From IMG/VR virus record IMGVR_UViG_3300045221_000018: a DNA stretch of 37,864 nt; one strand, 5' to 3'. Origin of the DNA: a virus. Both the position numbers and the translations under genes were made by a program. The notes under the pieces were generated by a model. The model had not been told where the DNA came from and made no database searches. It saw only the letters and a program-made list of their open reading frames with translations. Below, in pieces: positions 23,102 through 33,700 of the stretch. Within the stretch, counting starts at the first letter, position 1; each line of letters opens with the position of its first letter.

Positions 23102-24928
23102 ATGGATAGATATACAGATTTATTTCAACGCTATCCTAATGACCCTGCGTTACGGTATGCGGTCGATGTTGTGACTGATAAGGTAATTGCAGGGGTCAAG
23201 ATGAAACAGGCGTGTGAGCGTCATATAAGCGATTTAAGACGTATCGGCAACGATCCAGAATTTCCGTATATATACGATGAAAAAGAAGCAGAAAAGATTA
23301 TTAAATTCGCAATGTTGCTTAAAGATGTTTCATCAGGTGAACCATTTGTGCCTAGTCCATATCAGCAATTTATTTTTGCTTTGATACAAGGTTGGCGTAA
23401 TCCGAAAACAAACGGTATGCGGTTTAAGAATATTTTTATTAGTATGGCCCGTACAAACGGAAAGACACAATTGCTATCAGCTTATGCGTTGTACAATTTT
23501 TTGTTTGGCTTTCCTAAAATTAACAGGCGTTTGGCGGTTACATCAATCGATATTGCCCACACTTCGAATTTGTATAAATACATGACGTTTAATTGGTCGC
23601 AATTAGAGCAAAAGGTATTCAAAAAGTTGGCCCGAGAATGGGGAGTTGAATTTAACCGTAATGAAATGCGTATTGATACGCAGTCAACTTCTATGAAGCG
23701 TTTATCAGCGCAGGGTAGTCCATCAGATTCAGACCACTACACCACAGGTATTGTTGATGAGTACCACTTATTTGGTGAGGGGCAACGTGATTTCATCAAT
23801 TCAATGACATCAGGAATGGTTAATAACCCACTGGCGCAGATGTTTTACATTTCAACAGCTGGTTTAGATCCAAACGCACCAATGTTTGAAGATTATCGCA
23901 GATACAGTAAATATTTGGAAAAAGGTAATTGGAATGAAATTGATAAAGACTTGGTTTTAATTTGGGAACAAGATGATGCTGATGAAGCTTACTTGCCTGA
24001 AACGTGGCAAAAGTCTAACCCGCTAATGGAACTGCCAGCTATGCATGACAATCTAGTTGAAGGAATGATTACTGAACGTGATTCTAAAGCGTCACAGGGC
24101 AAGTTAGCAGACTTCATTGTTAAGAATATGAACTTGTGGCAAAACGCTAAGGATAACGCATTTTTGCCGATTGATTTGATTCAAAATAGCGTGATTGATG
24201 ACTTCAAAATGTTTGGTCGTGATGTATTTATCGGGTTTGACTATTCGCAAACAAATGACGACACCGCATTGGCTTTTGTCTTCCCTTACATTGGGAGTGA
24301 TGGTAAGCAGAAGTTCCATTTGTACCAGCATTCATGGATCCCGTTATCAAAAGCAGGCTCGATTGAGGCAAAGGAACAACGAGATAATATTAACTATCGT
24401 GATGTTGAAGCAAAAGGTTTCGCCACAGTTACACGTGACCGTTTTGGGTTGATTGATGAAGACGAAGTATTTAATTGGATGCTTAATTTTATTGAAACAA
24501 ATGAGTTAAATGTTAAAGCAATTTTGTATGACCAATGGGGAACAGGTCGAGTGATTAGGCGCTTAGATGAAATTAAAGAAGAGTATCTAATTATTCCTGT
24601 ACGACAAGGTATTAAGTCGTTAAATGAGCCCACTAAGTTTTTGCAAAATTCATTTATTAAACACAACATCACAATGTTAGATGATGTAGCCATGCAACAA
24701 GCGTTAGTTAATTCAGTAATTGTTTCAGATAACAATGGCATCAAGATTGATAAGAACGTTAACTCTCAAAAAATTGATATTGTCGATGCAATTATTGATG
24801 CGTTATTTGAAGGTCAGTTCTACTTCACTGATTTTACTAATGTTGAAGAAAAGGCAACAAAGTCACCGTTTGGCAATATGTCAGATGATGAAATTAATAA
24901 TTACTTTGTTAATGATTTTAGTTTTTAA
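23102..24928 (+). CDS. terL: terminase large subunit
   Basis: 608 aa. Walker A-like MARTNGKT and Walker B-like GIVDEYH. A nuclease domain is presumed from length. Synteny supports the call. Confidence 0.85.
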   Translation: MDRYTDLFQRYPNDPALRYAVDVVTDKVIAGVKMKQACERHISDLRRIGNDPEFPYIYDEKEAEKIIKFAMLLKDVSSGEPFVPSPYQQFIFALIQGWRNPKTNGMRFKNIFISMARTNGKTQLLSAYALYNFLFGFPKINRRLAVTSIDIAHTSNLYKYMTFNWSQLEQKVFKKLAREWGVEFNRNEMRIDTQSTSMKRLSAQGSPSDSDHYTTGIVDEYHLFGEGQRDFINSMTSGMVNNPLAQMFYISTAGLDPNAPMFEDYRRYSKYLEKGNWNEIDKDLVLIWEQDDADEAYLPETWQKSNPLMELPAMHDNLVEGMITERDSKASQGKLADFIVKNMNLWQNAKDNAFLPIDLIQNSVIDDFKMFGRDVFIGFDYSQTNDDTALAFVFPYIGSDGKQKFHLYQHSWIPLSKAGSIEAKEQRDNINYRDVEAKGFATVTRDRFGLIDEDEVFNWMLNFIETNELNVKAILYDQWGTGRVIRRLDEIKEEYLIIPVRQGIKSLNEPTKFLQNSFIKHNITMLDDVAMQQALVNSVIVSDNNGIKIDKNVNSQKIDIVDAIIDALFEGQFYFTDFTNVEEKATKSPFGNMSDDEINNYFVNDFSF

Positions 24929-24941
24929 AGAAAGGAGAGCT

Positions 24942-25088
24942 ATGAAATATCTACCAATTATTTTTATATTGATCGCAATCACGCTTATCTCGGTAGGCGT
25001 TTTCTTTTTGTCGTTGCCACTTGGCTTTATCGTAACAGGCATTATGGTTGCACTATTGGCTTATATGATTGCTCCTAAGGGTGTTTAG
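24942..25088 (+). CDS. small 2-TM membrane protein (48 aa)
   Basis: SD AAAGGAGAG upstream of ATG 24942. The track ORF 24720..25088 is an artefactual 5' extension into terL. Confidence 0.45.
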   Translation: MKYLPIIFILIAITLISVGVFFLSLPLGFIVTGIMVALLAYMIAPKGV

Positions 25089-25090
25089 TT

Positions 25091-26170
25091 ATGAGCTTAT
25101 TAAATCCATTTGAAAGGCGTGATAGTAGATCTATGGGGTCGACAGCGTCCTTCATCGTGCAAGGGCAACATTTAGTACCTAATAACTTAATTTCAGCAAT
25201 GGAAGCGTTGAAAAACAGCGACTTGTATTCAGTTACGAGTTTGATTTCGAGTGATATTGCAGGTGCTGATTTCATTGGAACAAACGAAAACGTGACATTG
25301 CTTAATAAACCAAACACATTGTCTAATAAGGTAAATTTTTGGCAAACAGTCGTGTTGAATTTATTGTTGAGCGGTAATGCGTTTATCTATTTGGAAAAGA
25401 ACCCAGAGGGTATTATCACGAATATGAGACCAATTCCATCAAGTATGGTTACCGTTGATTTAACTGATGATGTATTAAGTTATGACATTATGGCGTATGA
25501 CACGTTCTTAGGCGGTACAGCTAGTGCTGATGAAATGATTCACGCACGTATTATGGCGTACGGAGAAAGCCCACTAGACGCTTTGGTGGGACATTCACCA
25601 CTAGAAGCATTAGGTAATGAGGTGGCACAACAAAAAGAAGCCACACGTTTAACGCTATCAACAATTAAGAATGCGATTAATCCAACTAGTGTCATTCAAA
25701 TACCTGAAGGTACTTTGAGTAAAGAAGCTAAAAATACGATTAGAACAGAGTTTGAACAAGCAAACACCGGCAAAAATTCAGGTCGAGTTATGGTATTAGA
25801 TCAATCAGCAGATTTTAAAACAATTTCTATCAATGCTGATGTGGCTAAGTATTTGACACAATTAGATTGGGGACGTAACCAAATCACTAAAACTTTTGGT
25901 GTTCCTGATTCTTATTTGAACGGTCAAGGAGATCAGCAATCATCATTAGACCAAATTAGTTCGTTGTATGTGGGTGGGTTAAATCGGTATATTGAACCAC
26001 TACTATCTGAACTTAATTTTAAATTAGGTGATGGTATTCGCTTGGATATGTCACAAATCATGGACTATTCAAAAACTACATTTAAGAAAGATATTTCTGA
26101 TTGGGTCAAGAATGGCGTATTAACACCAGATGAAGCAAAGCAATTACTTATTAGAAAGGAGGTGATTTAG
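25091..26170 (+). CDS. portal protein (HK97 family)
   Basis: 359 aa, placed between terL and the prohead protease. The sequence style is typical of HK97-family portals. Confidence 0.8.
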   Translation: MSLLNPFERRDSRSMGSTASFIVQGQHLVPNNLISAMEALKNSDLYSVTSLISSDIAGADFIGTNENVTLLNKPNTLSNKVNFWQTVVLNLLLSGNAFIYLEKNPEGIITNMRPIPSSMVTVDLTDDVLSYDIMAYDTFLGGTASADEMIHARIMAYGESPLDALVGHSPLEALGNEVAQQKEATRLTLSTIKNAINPTSVIQIPEGTLSKEAKNTIRTEFEQANTGKNSGRVMVLDQSADFKTISINADVAKYLTQLDWGRNQITKTFGVPDSYLNGQGDQQSSLDQISSLYVGGLNRYIEPLLSELNFKLGDGIRLDMSQIMDYSKTTFKKDISDWVKNGVLTPDEAKQLLIRKEVI

Positions 26171-26748
26171 TGAGTGAAAAACCATTAGAGCGGTATTTTG
26201 TTGATACCAACGATTTAGAAACACGTAAAGCTAAGAGTTCTGATTTTATTGGGCAAATTGCAGGATATGCGATTAAGTTTGATAAACCAAGTGTTGCAGA
26301 AGCACCGTTTACTGAATATGTTGCTCAAACAGCGCTGAATGGCGTGGATATGAGTAAAGTATTAGCACTATATGACCATGACTATGCCAATATTTTAGGT
26401 CGTGTGGATGCGGGTACATTGGCATTAGATGTTGATAAAATCGGACTGCATTTCGTGCTAGATTTACCAGACACGTCACTAGGAAGAGATGTCTATGCGA
26501 ACGTTAAGGCGGGTAATTTAAAGGGTATGAGCTTTGGTTTCACAGTCGCTAAGGGAGGTGATGTTTGGAAAAGAGATGGTAAGCCAGTCAGAGTAATTAA
26601 CAAAATAGATTCTCTAAGAGAAATTAGTGTTGTAAGCGTACCAGCCTATGATGATACAAGCGTTTTAGTGACTAGATCACTAGACGCTTTTTTATTAGGC
26701 GAAAAAGAACAAATTTATAGAGCGAAAATAAAGGAGCTTTTGCGATGA
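26170..26748 (+). CDS. prohead maturation protease (HK97 family)
   Basis: 192 aa. GYAIKFD...LYDHD...LGR motif. Position fits. Confidence 0.8.
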   Translation: MSEKPLERYFVDTNDLETRKAKSSDFIGQIAGYAIKFDKPSVAEAPFTEYVAQTALNGVDMSKVLALYDHDYANILGRVDAGTLALDVDKIGLHFVLDLPDTSLGRDVYANVKAGNLKGMSFGFTVAKGGDVWKRDGKPVRVINKIDSLREISVVSVPAYDDTSVLVTRSLDAFLLGEKEQIYRAKIKELLR

Positions 26749-28007
26749 GCAAACTAGAAAAATTAACTAAGGAAGTTGCTGAAAAGCAAGCAGAATTAAA
26801 AAACCTAACCGCTGAAACACGTTCAGCAGCTGAAGATGAAACAAAGTCGGTTGATGACGTTAAGGCAGGTATGGATCATATTGATGCAATCAAAGCAGAT
26901 ATTGAAAAGTTGCAAGCAGATATTTCAGTATTGCAAGGAGCAGAATCATTGCCAACCGAAGAACGTGATGAAGATGAAATTGTCGTTGATGATTCTGGTG
27001 ATGAACCGGTTGAAGAAAATGCAGTTGAAGTTGAATCAAAAAAACCAGAAATCGAAAAAGAAGATGAAGAAGAAAAACGAGGAGTTGAAGATATGAAGAA
27101 GCAAGTAGTAGCTACTGGAGCAGAAAACGAAACAGCAGCATTTGAAGAGTTTTTGAAGACTGGTGAAGTTCGTGACGTATCAGGACTTGCATTACAAGAT
27201 GGAGCAGTGATTATTCCTGAAACGATTCTCGCACCAGAACATGAACAACACCAATACCCACGCTTGGGTAACTTAGTTCGTAAGGTTGCTGTATCAACAA
27301 CGACTGGTAAGTTGCCAGTATTTATGACTTCAACAGATACGTTGAAAGCACATACTGAATACGCACCAACGGACAAGGGTGCTACACCTGAAATCAAGCC
27401 TATTCTTTGGGACTTGAACACATATACTGGTGCATACGCATTCTCACAAGAGTTGATTTCAGACTCATCATACAACTGGGAAGCTGAATTGCGTTCACGT
27501 TTGGTTGAATTACGTGATAACACAGATGACTCACTAATTATGTCAGCATTAACAAATGGTGTTACAGCAGTTGCTTCATCGGATCCAGTATCAGCATTAA
27601 AGACTGCTTTGAACGTAACTTTGAAGCCACAAGATTCTCAATCTGCTTCAATTATTTTGTCACAATCAGCTTACGACATCATCGATCAAATTGTTGACGG
27701 TGAAGGACGTCCACTATTGCAACCTGCTGTTGCAAATGCTACTGGATATTCAATCTTAGGTAAGACAGTGGTTATCGTTGATGATAACCTATTCCCTAAG
27801 AACGTAAACGCTATTGTTGCGCCATTGAATAAGGCAGTCATTAACTTCAAGTTGGCTGAAATTACTGGTCAATTCCAAGATACTTACGACATTTGGTACA
27901 AGCAACTAGGTATTTTCTTGCGTGAAGATGTGGTGCAAGCTCGTAAAGATTTAATTGTTAACTTGAACTTGTCAAAGCCAGCCGTTACACCAACGTCAGC
28001 TGGATAA
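26745..28007 (+). CDS. major capsid protein (HK97 fold) with N-terminal coiled-coil, acidic delta/scaffold domain
   Basis: 420 aa, following the protease. N-terminal 120 aa are coiled-coil and Glu/Asp-rich. Confidence 0.85.
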   Translation: MSKLEKLTKEVAEKQAELKNLTAETRSAAEDETKSVDDVKAGMDHIDAIKADIEKLQADISVLQGAESLPTEERDEDEIVVDDSGDEPVEENAVEVESKKPEIEKEDEEEKRGVEDMKKQVVATGAENETAAFEEFLKTGEVRDVSGLALQDGAVIIPETILAPEHEQHQYPRLGNLVRKVAVSTTTGKLPVFMTSTDTLKAHTEYAPTDKGATPEIKPILWDLNTYTGAYAFSQELISDSSYNWEAELRSRLVELRDNTDDSLIMSALTNGVTAVASSDPVSALKTALNVTLKPQDSQSASIILSQSAYDIIDQIVDGEGRPLLQPAVANATGYSILGKTVVIVDDNLFPKNVNAIVAPLNKAVINFKLAEITGQFQDTYDIWYKQLGIFLREDVVQARKDLIVNLNLSKPAVTPTSAG

Positions 28008-28020
28008 GAAGGTGATTTAA

Positions 28021-28314
28021 ATGGAACTAGTGAAAGCAAATGAATTACTAGACGAGTTGCATATTGATGGATCGCCTGAAGAAATTGCAACTATGGGTAG
28101 TCTAATAAGTGACGCTAGTGCATTAATTCGTGGTTCAATCGCCGATGATGCAACTGAAGAAGAGTTGTTGGCAGTGTCGGGAAATGTATTTAATCGTTTG
28201 GTTTCGTCACTAGCTTCTAAAATGTATTATGAACGTGATTTATCAAGCGGTTATGGCGCAGGTATTCAAATTATGCTGAACCAATTGCGCGCAAGATATT
28301 TAGGAGGCAAGTAA
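28021..28314 (+). CDS. head-tail connector (gp6-like)
   Basis: 97 aa, first gene after the capsid gene. Called from synteny. Confidence 0.55.
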   Translation: MELVKANELLDELHIDGSPEEIATMGSLISDASALIRGSIADDATEEELLAVSGNVFNRLVSSLASKMYYERDLSSGYGAGIQIMLNQLRARYLGGK

Positions 28315-28649
28315 TGACAACATTTAAACCTTCTGATTTTAATAAAAAGGTCACTTTTGGCGAAGTTAAAAGTGTTAAGAACCCGAACACTGGGTCGACA
28401 CAACAAAAATTTGTGCCAACATTAAATCTTTGGTATGCAGCTAAAACTCGTACACTAAGCCAGCAGTATCAGTTGCAAGGCACTTCATTAGAGAATACAA
28501 ATGTCATCATCGTTCGACATCATGCAGCATTAGAGGGCTTTAAAGTGGCTCAAATAAATGAAGCGATGTTTGATATTGTTCAAATTTCGCCTGATGAAAG
28601 CAACAACTATATTACGTATGACTTCGTGACTTTGAAACGGAGGACGTAA
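28314..28649 (+). CDS. head closure / head-tail adaptor protein
   Basis: 111 aa. Called from synteny and coupling (taATG). Confidence 0.55.
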   Translation: MTTFKPSDFNKKVTFGEVKSVKNPNTGSTQQKFVPTLNLWYAAKTRTLSQQYQLQGTSLENTNVIIVRHHAALEGFKVAQINEAMFDIVQISPDESNNYITYDFVTLKRRT

Positions 28650-28650
28650 T

Positions 28651-29127
28651 ATGGCAGAGCAAACATTGGAACAAATATTGAATCAAATAGTAGATGACGC
28701 AGAAGCAATCACAACTAAGATGTCCGTTGAAGATAAAGCAAAAATCACGAAAGCAGGTGCAAATGTATTTGCTAAGGAACTTGAACAAGTCGTGAAAGAT
28801 AAGCATTATCGGCATCGTAAAACTGGTGATGATCCACATTTAGCTGATTCAATAATTGTGCAAAACAAAAACATTGATGGCATTAAAAACGGATCATCAG
28901 TCGTAGGTTGGAATTACTCAAAATCTCGTGTTGGTCATTTAATTGAGAATGGTACGAAGTTCCCGATGTATACCAAAGCCGGACATAAATATAAGCATGG
29001 TGGACAAGTAGCTGTGCATGCTGACCACTTTTTGCGTGATTTACGCAGCGATCAAACTATTCAAGAAAAAATGTTGAAAGCAGAAGCAGCAGCTTACAAG
29101 AAAATTATTGATAAGAGGTACAAGTGA
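28651..29127 (+). CDS. HK97 gp10-like tail-attachment protein
   Basis: 158 aa. Called from synteny. Confidence 0.5.
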   Translation: MAEQTLEQILNQIVDDAEAITTKMSVEDKAKITKAGANVFAKELEQVVKDKHYRHRKTGDDPHLADSIIVQNKNIDGIKNGSSVVGWNYSKSRVGHLIENGTKFPMYTKAGHKYKHGGQVAVHADHFLRDLRSDQTIQEKMLKAEAAAYKKIIDKRYK

Positions 29128-29513
29128 TGCGTCCAGTAGATGAAGTAGCTAAAATCATCACTGAAACGTTTGTTGATTGGCAAGTGTACAGCGATGCGAT
29201 ACCAGAAGAAGTAATCGATGACCGACACGTTACGCAGGTACTGTTAAAAGAAGCAGAATCGGACGTATCAGGATATGGCGGTAACACATTTAATATGATG
29301 AATTTGGGCGTTGATATTCAAATATTTTACAGCCTAGATTATGACAAAAATATGCTATTGTCAGAAGTCATTTTGATGAAACAACTTGAAGATAACCGTT
29401 GGCGTGTCGTTGATAGTCAAGCACATTATTTGGACATGTCACAAACCGACAATCAGCAAACAATCAAAAATATAACAGTAAATAAAACAGTATTAGTTGA
29501 CGAGATTGGATAA
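29124..29513 (+). CDS. tail terminator / tail completion protein
   Basis: 129 aa. It is the last gene before the major tail protein gene. Confidence 0.45.
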   Translation: MMRPVDEVAKIITETFVDWQVYSDAIPEEVIDDRHVTQVLLKEAESDVSGYGGNTFNMMNLGVDIQIFYSLDYDKNMLLSEVILMKQLEDNRWRVVDSQAHYLDMSQTDNQQTIKNITVNKTVLVDEIG

Positions 29514-29531
29514 CCAGTCTCGTTTTTATTT
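29501..29531 (+). terminator. hairpin with a U-run overlapping the stop codon, upstream of the major tail gene
   Basis: cgagattgg / ccagtctcg stem (one G-U pair), loop ataa, then tttttattt. Confidence 0.5.
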
Positions 29532-29550
29532 TGAAAGGAAAATATAAATT

Positions 29551-30159
29551 ATGGCAAACGTAGGATTAAAGCACACTTATTTAGCAGTATTGGACAAGGA
29601 CGGCAAGATTTTAAAGGGTGAAACTGGTCTATCAGCAGATGGACTTTATACATCAAATGCTAAGGACTTGGGTACGGCATCAGCTAACATTTCTAACATC
29701 GCAACAGCAGGTACAGCTGTTTACGGAGACAACGGACAAGTTGATACGACTAAGTCAAAGTCATTCCCATCAGTTGCTGGTGTATGGAACAACTTACCTT
29801 GGGACATTAAGACAAAGATTTTAGGTCGTGAATCAGACGGCAAGGGTGGTTATGTACAATCAATGGATTTGCCACGTGTTGCTTTGATTGTTGAATCAGA
29901 GACATTAGATCGTCAAAACTCATTCTTCTATGCGTTCTCAAATGGTCAAATGATTGAATCAGCTTTGAACTTGCAAACTGACCAAAACACTGAACAACGT
30001 GTTACTGATGCTTTGACTTATCAATCATTTGGTGATGACCGTTGGGACGGACAAGGTATCAAGATTTTCTATTCAGGTGATGATGCCTTTAAGAAGGAAG
30101 ACATGTTGAAGGAAGTTATGGGTGGATATGTAGCTACTACCGCTCCTGAAGCTGGTTAA
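29551..30159 (+). CDS. major tail protein
   Basis: 202 aa. SD GAAAGGAA upstream. Position is upstream of the G/T chaperone pair and the tape measure gene. Confidence 0.8.
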   Translation: MANVGLKHTYLAVLDKDGKILKGETGLSADGLYTSNAKDLGTASANISNIATAGTAVYGDNGQVDTTKSKSFPSVAGVWNNLPWDIKTKILGRESDGKGGYVQSMDLPRVALIVESETLDRQNSFFYAFSNGQMIESALNLQTDQNTEQRVTDALTYQSFGDDRWDGQGIKIFYSGDDAFKKEDMLKEVMGGYVATTAPEAG

Positions 30160-30236
30160 TAAAAAAATATAACTTGACAGCGCAAGGATAAAAGCTCAAA
30201 TGGGGTGAAAAGCCCAATAAATCAAGGGGATAAACT

Positions 30237-30605
30237 ATGAATATTAAAATTGCACAATTACAAGCGAAGCCTTTTACAGTAAAAGGCTCATTAAAAAATT
30301 TGAAGAAGACCTATACTGTGTTGCTAGATATGGCAAAACTTGAAGAGGCTTCAGAACAACAGTCAGGTGTTGAGGGACTGGAAGCTATCTTAAAGTTTGA
30401 AAATAAATTAACTGAATATTTGACTGATATTTTGAAGCTATCAGTGAAGCAACAAAATTCAATCGAAGAACTAGAACAAAACGAAGTCGTTGAAGTTGTT
30501 CAATATGTGGCAATGCGACTAATGGGCATGTCAGATGAAGATATTACAGAATCAATTACTAACAGTGCTGACGATGCGGGTTTAGCAATCCCAGAAGCAG
30601 AATAA
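30237..30605 (+). CDS. tail assembly chaperone (gpG-like)
   Basis: 122 aa and acidic. Contains a slippery heptamer near its 3' end. Confidence 0.75.
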   Translation: MNIKIAQLQAKPFTVKGSLKNLKKTYTVLLDMAKLEEASEQQSGVEGLEAILKFENKLTEYLTDILKLSVKQQNSIEELEQNEVVEVVQYVAMRLMGMSDEDITESITNSADDAGLAIPEAE

Positions 30606-30784
30606 TTGAATATGATAATCGGTTGATTGACATGCGCTTGTTTGAAAAAGATGCGATGCAACAAATGCATTGGACGCTTGATGATGTTGACGAACAAGAT
30701 TATCAAGAATTAATGAGCGTGTTAAATGCTGATGAAAATGAAAAGTCAGTTGATCCAGCTGAATTTGCTAAACAATTTATGTAG
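30237..30784 (+). CDS. gpGT-like frameshift fusion chaperone (-1 shift at 30578..30584)
   Basis: The -1 frame continues ...SNPRSRIIEYDNRLIDMRLFEKDAMQQMHWTLDDVDEQDYQELMSVLNADENEKSVDPAEFAKQFM and ends just before the tape measure SD. Confidence 0.65.
30578..30584 (+). promoter_or_regulatory. -1 programmed frameshift slippery heptamer G_GGT_TTA
   Basis: X_XXY_YYZ pattern in the zero frame of the chaperone ORF. The -1 frame is open from 30572 to TAG 30782..30784. Confidence 0.7.
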
Positions 30785-30798
30785 GAAGGAGGTATTAA

Positions 30799-33700
30799 AT
30801 GGCAAAAGAAAAAGTTTCCGAGTTACAAGCAACAGAGCTAACTGTTGGGACACAGCACGCGGTTGAATCGATTAACAAATTGAAGTCAGCTGTTAAAGAT
30901 AGTACGAACGAGTGGAAAGTTATGGAGTCCCAGATGAAACAGTCTGGAGACGCTGTCGGCGCTTCTGAAGCTAAGTACAAAGGACTTACGCAATCAGTTT
31001 CTAATCAAGAAAACGTGCTTCAGAAGTTACGAAAAGAGCAATCAGAAGTAAATCGCAGTACGGAAGCTGGTGAACAAACTTATCAGAAGTACGCTACGCA
31101 AATAACGACTGCTGAACGTCAATTGGCATCAATGACGAGGCAACAAGAGCAAGCCAAGCGTGCCTATGAAATGCAAGAATCAGGAATTGCTGGGCTTAAC
31201 AAAGAAATACAGAACTCTATTAAAGAGACTGATGCTTACGTTGACCGCTTAAAAGCAGAAGGTAAAGAAGAAGAGGCGCTTAAAGCTCAAAAAGAGGGGC
31301 TTTCACGTACGTTAGACAAGCAATCTAAGTTGTATGAAGCGCAATCAAAAGAGCTTGAAAAACTTTCTAATTCAGGAGAAGCAAGTGCTGATTCAATTAG
31401 CAAACAAAAAATAGCGCTGGATAAAACAGCGACTTCAATTGCTAAAAACAAAAACTCGTTGAGTGAACTGGACGGCGAACAAGGCAAGTTGGGTAAAAAC
31501 AACGGTGCTGAAGAAGCAGGCTCAAAAATGGAACGCTTTACAGGCAAAATCAGCAAGTCTAAGGCTGGTTTGATAGCAATGGGTGCAAGTGCTGGAGCAG
31601 TATTAGCTGGCGTTGCCAAGGGTGTTAAATCCATTTATGATGCACAATCTCGTGTAAATGAGATGCAAGCTACAACCACATTGGGATACAAGCGCTCAAA
31701 AGAAAGTATATTGGCAATTAATAAACTTTACACTGCTGGATATGGTGAAAGTATTGATGAATTGCAAGAAGTTTATACGAAAATTGAACAATCACATCCT
31801 GAATTTTTCACAAAAGAGCTTGCCGAAAATACAAAATTAGTATCAACCTATGCAAAAATGTCAGGTGCTGATGTCCAAGAAGTATTAAATGGTGCTGATA
31901 AAGCAACACGTAATTGGAATATTTCTTATCAAGAATATTTTGATAACATGACAGTTTTACAAAAGATGGGTGATGACCAATCTGGTGACATTTCTGACAA
32001 TATGGCTGAATACTCACAAGTATTGGGTCAGATGGGTATATCAATTAGTGATTCAATGGCACTAATTGATAACGGTGTTAAATCAGGTGCTTATAATGGT
32101 GATAAGTTATTGGACTTCACAAAGGAGTTCCAAATTAGCTTAAATGATGGTCGAATGGATGAAGCCATAACCTCATTTTCAAAGAAGTCTCAAGATATGT
32201 TCAAGGGATATAAGGACGGCAAAGTAACCGCAGGTGATATGTTTAAACAAATCACTAGTGAAATGGGTGAAATGACCGACAAACAGAAGGAAGCAACTAT
32301 TGCTTCTAATTTGTGGTCAGCGCTTGGAGAAGATAATTCATTAAAGGTTATTGGTTCTTTAGGAAAGACAAATTGGGCTTTTAAAGATGTTAAAGGCGCT
32401 GCTAAGGAAACAGCCGATCAACTTAAAGAGTCCAACCCTTTAGAATTACTTAAACGTTCAGCAGAAGCCTCTACACAATCATTAGCAATGAGTGCTGGTC
32501 AAACAGAAAAGTTTAAGGATGCTTTAAAACCCATGCAAAAAGCGATAAATAGCTTGTTAAAATCAGCTATTAAAGCTATGCCTGGAATCATGAAAGCCCT
32601 CACTCCAGTTATTGATTTGATCGCAAATCACGGCAAAATGATCGTTGGGATTCTCTCTTCAATCCTAGCTATTAAATTTGGGTCTAAGGTAATAAATTCA
32701 GTGAAGGGGATTTATACCACGTTAAAGCCATTGATGTTGCTTATGAAAGCCAATCCGTGGACCATTTGGATAACGGCAATTACAACTGTTATTGCTGGAC
32801 TGGTTGCGTTGTATAAGCACAACAAAACTTTTAGAGATTTTGTCAATGGTTTAGCAAAAGCAGTTGCCGACTTTGCAAAAGATTTTGCCAAATGGTTTGG
32901 AAAGGCAATTGATGCAGTTGTTGATTTTGTAAAAGGTATTGGTAAGTGGTTTGGAGAAGCATGGAAAACAATCTCTGACTTCTTTAAAAAAGTTATTAAA
33001 TTTATTAAGAATGATTGGAAAGAGTTGCTACTGCTGATCGTTAATCCATTTGCTGGTGCATTTGCTTTAATTTACAAGCATAACGATAAGTTCCGAGATA
33101 ACATCAACAAGCTTGTTAAAAATGTCGCTAGCTTTTTTAAAGGTATTGGTAAGTCAATTGGCAGTGGTGTTAATGCAATTACAGATTGGTTTAAAGGATT
33201 AGCCAAGGGCTTCAAAAAGGGCTGGGATGCATTCTTAAAGTTGGCAATTAAAATTGCTAAGGGATTTGGTCGAGCAATGATTATTGCATTAGCCATTCCT
33301 GTTGGTATTGCCATGATTATCACTAAACCATTAGTGAAGCCACTGCAAAATATTTTTAATGCTTTGATTAAATGGATTAAATCCGCATGGAATGGGCTTA
33401 CAAAGTTCCTTAAAGCCATTTGGACACCCGTACAAAAGGTATGGACGTCAGCTTGGGATGCAATCTCTAAGTTCTTTGTTACAACATGGAAGCTGATTTC
33501 AAAAGCTTTTAAGATGTACCTCAATCAGGTCAAGAAGAATCTTACAACTGTTCTTGGTTTCATCACTAAAACTTGGAATAAAGTTTGGAAATCAATATCA
33601 AACTTTTTCAACAAGGTTTGGAAAGCAATTAAAAAGACGTTATCTAATGTTTTGAACACGATTAAAAAGACACTTGTGTCATCATTGAATGCCTATATTA

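Noticed and set aside
24720-25088. 122-aa ORF overlapping the 3' end of terL
   Set aside because: Its first 74 codons are an alternate frame of terL. Only the last 48 codons (ATG 24942, strong SD) form a plausible small membrane protein.
26876-27523. 215-aa minus-strand ORF, with similar antisense or alternate-frame ORFs at 946..1128, 1541..2441, 13919..14236, 14989..15363, 24104..24744, 26836..27096, 31287..31634, 33072..33524, 33828..34514 and elsewhere
   Set aside because: All lie entirely inside long, well-supported genes (capsid, fibre, primase, terL, tape measure). They lack ribosome-binding sites and have low-complexity or odd composition. They look like shadow ORFs.
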